Shown: positions 58,717-61,774 of the stretch, one piece after another
Layout of the letters: each line of letters begins with the position of its first letter
How positions within the stretch are numbered: position 1 is the first letter of the stretch
Origin: Minisyncoccota bacterium
GTDB lineage: Bacteria; Patescibacteriota; Minisyncoccia; Phycocordibacterales; UBA2100
Direction: 5' to 3'
DNA length: 61,774 bases
Assembly: GCA_018060545.1 (NCBI GenBank)
Contig: JAGOVW010000004.1
Span: forward strand, 1-61,774
Position numbers and translations under genes: made by a program
The notes under the pieces: generated by a model
Seen by the model: the letters and a program-made list of their open reading frames with translations, nothing else
Told to the model about the DNA's origin: nothing
Database searches by the model: none

Positions 58717-59217
58717 CTACTTCACATTATCTTTCCGCATCGCACGCCCCACATACTCCGCAAGCGTCATCCGCGTCTGTGCGCTTGGCGGTCCGTACAC
58801 CATCGTCTCTGCCGGCACATCTTTTGCCACCATCGTTCCCGCACCGATGACCGCTCGCTTCCCGATAGTTACCCCAGGAAGCACAATCACTCCAGCGCCC
58901 AACAGACACCCTGTTTCAAGAACGATCTCGCGCAGTATGTCTTCGTTAGCTGCCCCGTGTATGCCGATGGGGTGCCACACACCGACGAGCGAGCAATTCG
59001 GGCCAATTTGCACTTCAGCGCCTATGTGCACTTGCTCGGCGTAGGTACCCGCATTAATTTCGGCACCAGCACCGACTGAGCACCGTTTCAAGGACACCCG
59101 TTCGTAGATACGCGCACCTGCACCAATGGTGCAGGTGCGCAGCGTTACAAATTCACGTACTTCGACGCCGTCCTGTATGGGGGTGTCGACGATGACCGAT
59201 AGTCCGCTCACTGCCAT
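58717..59217 (-). CDS. Hexapeptide-repeat (left-handed beta-helix) acyltransferase
   Basis: IGAGARI, VGAGAEI, IGAEVQIGPNC, LGAGVIVLPGVTIGKRAVIGAGTMVAKDVP. Confidence 0.85.
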   Translation of the reverse strand: MAVSGLSVIVDTPIQDGVEVREFVTLRTCTIGAGARIYERVSLKRCSVGAGAEINAGTYAEQVHIGAEVQIGPNCSLVGVWHPIGIHGAANEDILREIVLETGCLLGAGVIVLPGVTIGKRAVIGAGTMVAKDVPAETMVYGPPSAQTRMTLAEYVGRAMRKDNVK

Positions 59218-59344
59218 GTGCCACTCTCCTGTTTTTCCTATACTGAACCTACCATGTGAGGCACAGCATGCACATACCCACATACTCCTTGCGTGACAAG
59301 CCAACATACGATTATCTATCAAGAGGCCCCAAAGGAGTATCGCT

Positions 59345-59614
59345 ATGCATGATCGCGACTTCCAGGCACAGATCAAAGGCTTCAGTCTCACAACCGCGGA
59401 GCTGCTCTACCGACTACCTGATTTCCCAAAAATTCTGCAGGTGTATGTGTGGCAGGATTACGACCTGCATCCACAATTTCCCAAACTACGGAAATTTCTC
59501 GATTATTGGACAATCAATATTGAGGGGAAGCTCGCTCATGTACGCATCATGCATGCGCGACTTATTACTCCACGCGAGATTGGTTTTGTGGACAAGGAGT
59601 TTAAACTGAACTGA
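59345..59614 (+). CDS. usg: Usg-like protein
   Basis: LTTAELLYRLPDFP.ILQ.YVWQDYDL.P.FP.L..FL.YW...IEG.L..V matches the Usg family pattern as I recall it. Confidence 0.85.
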   Translation: MHDRDFQAQIKGFSLTTAELLYRLPDFPKILQVYVWQDYDLHPQFPKLRKFLDYWTINIEGKLAHVRIMHARLITPREIGFVDKEFKLN

Positions 59615-59637
59615 CTAGTTCGCAGACGAAAACACAG

Positions 59638-59664
59638 AAGCGGCCCGACGTAGTCGGGCCGCTT
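59638..59664. terminator. Hairpin, terminator-like
   Basis: aagcggcccgac-gta-gtcgggccgctt. Confidence 0.65.
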
Positions 59665-59771
59665 GTCATCACGCAACCTTATTCTTATCGATCGGATAGT
59701 GGCCAGTTTACTTTGCAAGCATTCGCAGACATATTCAATTCTACCGCATCTATTCTGAGGGTTTCTATCTC

Positions 59772-59977
59772 TGAACGCACCAGGGATGTCTCCCACAAGT
59801 TTTCTTGTCGCCGACCCTGCCTGCCGGCCAGGCAGGGCGTCAAGAAACTCGCGTGCCGCTCCTCGCTCCCCACGCTGCTGCGTGTGGGCCCACTGCGGAC
59901 CTTCGACCCCCAGTCGCAACAGTCTCCCAGACTGTTGCTTGCAAGCCTAAAACTTCGTTTTTGTGCACGCACTAGGG
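59772..59977. mobile_element. Miniature tRNA-associated insert ending in a degenerate copy of the tRNA-Ile 3' end
   Basis: tgaacgcaccaggg (59772-59785) vs tgcacgcactaggg (59964-59977), 12/14 identical. Internal hairpin ~59798-59850 is capped by palindrome ccctgcctgccggccaggcaggg. Confidence 0.45.
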
Positions 59978-60036
59978 GTCGAACCTAGGACCTTTCGAGT
60001 ATCAGTCGAATGCTCTACCAACTGAGCTATGCGTGC
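59964..60036 (-). tRNA. tRNA-Ile (GAT)
   Basis: GCACGCA/TGCGTGC acceptor stem, TAGCTCAGTTGGTAGAGC D arm, TTCGA-CTGATAC-TCGAA anticodon arm, CTAGG-TTCGACC-CCTAG T arm. Confidence 0.92.
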
Positions 60037-60086
60037 GTATGTTTTAACCAAACCTTCACCTTAAAATGCATTTCAGTTGAATGCTC

Positions 60087-60118
60087 CCCGCCCGTACCGA
60101 ACGGTACGTTCGGGCGGG
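60087..60118. repeat. GC-rich imperfect palindrome upstream of tRNA-Ile
   Basis: cccgcccgtaccgaacggtacgttcgggcggg. Confidence 0.55.
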
Positions 60119-60188
60119 TACCAACTCATCTTCAGGCGTGGGGGCACTATAGCAAAAAAGACTCTTTTTGTGAACCCATAAATCGAAA

Positions 60189-60211
60189 GGCGCCGCGCGA
60201 TGCGCGGCGCC
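60189..60211 (-). terminator. Intrinsic terminator
   Basis: ggcgccgcgc-gat-gcgcggcgcc followed by TTT on the minus strand. Confidence 0.6.
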
Positions 60212-60235
60212 CCCATTCACACACCAAAACTGAAC

Positions 60236-60577
60236 TTATGCCCGCCGCCACCACAACACCGTGGCCGTAATGAGCGCACCCAGCGTTAGTGGCCAAAAGT
60301 ACAATGCCATCGCAGCGCCACCATACGCGAGAGCAAATGCCACGTTGGTGACACTTCCTGCCAGCCGTTCGAGCGATCCGCCTGCTGCTTCAAAAAGTGC
60401 CAACGCGACGAATGCCCCCATCAGGATCTGCACCCACCGATGTTCGCGCGTGTACCTCCATGCGCGATACAGCGGATAGCGCGCACCTTGTTTCCAGCCC
60501 TTAAAGAGCTCGACGATAAACGAGGCAACGGCACCACCCATTGCGTGGGCCAGCCATTTGCCAACAAACCATTTCAT
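60236..60577 (-). CDS. Small membrane protein (about 3 TM)
   Basis: SD GGAGG 5 nt before MKWFVGK; hydrophobic segments; terminator downstream. Confidence 0.7.
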   Translation of the reverse strand: MKWFVGKWLAHAMGGAVASFIVELFKGWKQGARYPLYRAWRYTREHRWVQILMGAFVALALFEAAGGSLERLAGSVTNVAFALAYGGAAMALYFWPLTLGALITATVLWWRRA

Positions 60578-60682
60578 ACACACCTCCATGGTTGCTACCG
60601 AACAAATTATGGCACAAAAATGGATACAAAGATAGCGGCTGATCCAAAGGATCAGCCGCCATATACTCACGACAAGAACGCC

Positions 60683-61708
60683 TTACTTTCGGGCATTCTC
60701 GAGGGCACGCTTCGACGACTCGAGGAGGTCTGCCACCTTTTCGGCGCCAACCTCCTTCATGTCATCCCACATGTCCTTCCAGGACACGAGGCCGGGACGC
60801 AGATCAGTTGCGGGCACGTCCTTCATGCGCGCAATCGTCGCATTCACTCGCTGGAGCACGCGGCGATTGTCTGCCGCGACCATCTTCGGGTCACCGGTAA
60901 TGAGTGCGACCGACGTGCATGCGGTGGTGTGAAAGACCGGCTTGCCAGTAACCCATCCACCAGATGCAACTTTCAGCTGCAAGTAGGTGTACGTTCCTGA
61001 GAGAGCATCGTCGATCACCGGCACCAAGTTCAAGCCTTTCGATTTGATCTTGATGAACGTCTCAGACGCCGGATCAGGCCGCATCACGAAGAAACCGAAC
61101 GCCGCCTGCCGCTCCGCAACCGCATCCACGATCTTGTCGGCGCTGCCGATGTGCTCGACAGGAATCTCAGCAAGATCACTGAACACCGATTGCAGAATTT
61201 TCCAAGTCCCGAAGGAGCCAGACTTCTGCCCACCGGTCAGAACCGTGAGGTCGAAGCCGTTGCCGCGCACGTGGCCGAACGTGGTGTACGTCTTCTCCTT
61301 GGTGACCAGGTAGAGGCACTCGGGGCCGATGTTCTGGTGCAGCACCGTGAACGCGTACTTCTTGTCCTTCTGATCCGGAATCGCCTGCCCATTGAGCTGC
61401 CGGAGAATATCCAGCTGGCCGACGGCGAGCCATGCCGGGTTCGCGGTAATGAGTTCTGCGTTGTGGATGGTAGCGTCGGTATCTCCGCAGCGCACATACC
61501 CCGTGAGCCTATTCCCTTCCATCACTTTAATGATGTGTGGGACATAGTCCTTGGAGTAGACAGACCCTTTCGGGTCCCCACCGCCACAGATTTTCTTCAG
61601 CTCCGCGTCGGCGGCCACGACAGTCGGCGCCGCCTTCAGGTTCTGAGCATGAGCACCCATGGTGCTCAGAAGTAGTGCGCCAAGCGCACCAATGACTCTG
61701 TTTCGCAT
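60683..61708 (-). CDS. Secreted periplasmic-binding-protein-like protein, TAXI-like
   Basis: Signal peptide ending AHA; AVGQLD, ECLYLV, GGQKSGSFGTW, AFGFFV motifs reminiscent of TAXI/NMT1 binding proteins. Family call is from memory. Confidence 0.55.
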   Translation of the reverse strand: MRNRVIGALGALLLSTMGAHAQNLKAAPTVVAADAELKKICGGGDPKGSVYSKDYVPHIIKVMEGNRLTGYVRCGDTDATIHNAELITANPAWLAVGQLDILRQLNGQAIPDQKDKKYAFTVLHQNIGPECLYLVTKEKTYTTFGHVRGNGFDLTVLTGGQKSGSFGTWKILQSVFSDLAEIPVEHIGSADKIVDAVAERQAAFGFFVMRPDPASETFIKIKSKGLNLVPVIDDALSGTYTYLQLKVASGGWVTGKPVFHTTACTSVALITGDPKMVAADNRRVLQRVNATIARMKDVPATDLRPGLVSWKDMWDDMKEVGAEKVADLLESSKRALENARK

Positions 61709-61774
61709 CGTTCTCTATTCCTCTGTAGGACTCTAGATTGGATGGCCCTTTCGGGATCCGCCAGAATAGTACAC

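Noticed and set aside
59536-59988. ORFs 59536..59919, 59685..59972, 59713..59988
   Set aside because: They span a terminator, the palindromic insert and the tRNA end; not protein-like.
54432-61774. Intact prophage or integrative element at the tRNAs
   Set aside because: No integrase, terminase, structural or replication genes, and no distant att copy within the window.
1-61774. Alternative genetic code (TGA=Gly)
   Set aside because: Conserved genes such as secA end at TGA at the expected position and no core gene is interrupted by in-frame TGA.

Overview
Gene-dense bacterial chromosomal segment, standard genetic code (TGA is a stop, e.g. secA). The gene content and style suggest a Patescibacteria/Parcubacteria (CPR) genome; this is an inference, not a database result. 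Left to right: (1) a pair of membrane-anchored HTH proteins, one a >824-aa Thr/Ser/Gly-rich fibre-like protein running off the left edge and missing from the ORF track; (2) gatB, a small zinc-ribbon ORF, secA and a 23-aa Lys-rich ORF; (3) a ~750-bp non-coding region with a sigma70 promoter, long-range stems, duplications and a palindrome insertion; (4) a ~33-kb surface-glycan locus (9.8-43 kb). It includes an unusual NeuB/NeuA block flanked by transketolase, aldehyde dehydrogenase, SDR, kinase and two HAD phosphatases, with no neuC, pse/leg or aminotransferase genes, plus a GT-C/GtrA cassette, carbamoyltransferase, flippase and many GT4s; (5) an LTD-PKD surface protein, a VirD4/TraG-like ATPase, a DUF4015-type hydrolase, rsmI and murA/murC/murD; (6) an accessory stretch between tRNA-Leu(CAG) and tRNA-Ile(GAT) with two cold-shock-domain proteins, an orphan PurN-like enzyme, membrane-anchored NirK and Usg; (7) a small membrane protein and a TAXI-like secreted protein. 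Window-wide patterns: 22 starts have a -10 box (TANNNT) 6-8 nt before ATG, suggesting leaderless mRNAs; both tRNAs and the putative ncRNA are followed by ~170-190-bp hairpin-rich inserts ending in a copy of the RNA's own 3' end. Best candidates for an undescribed system: the ulosonic-acid pathway, the HTH-TM-fibre pair, and the structured RNA with its 3'-end-duplicating mini-elements.
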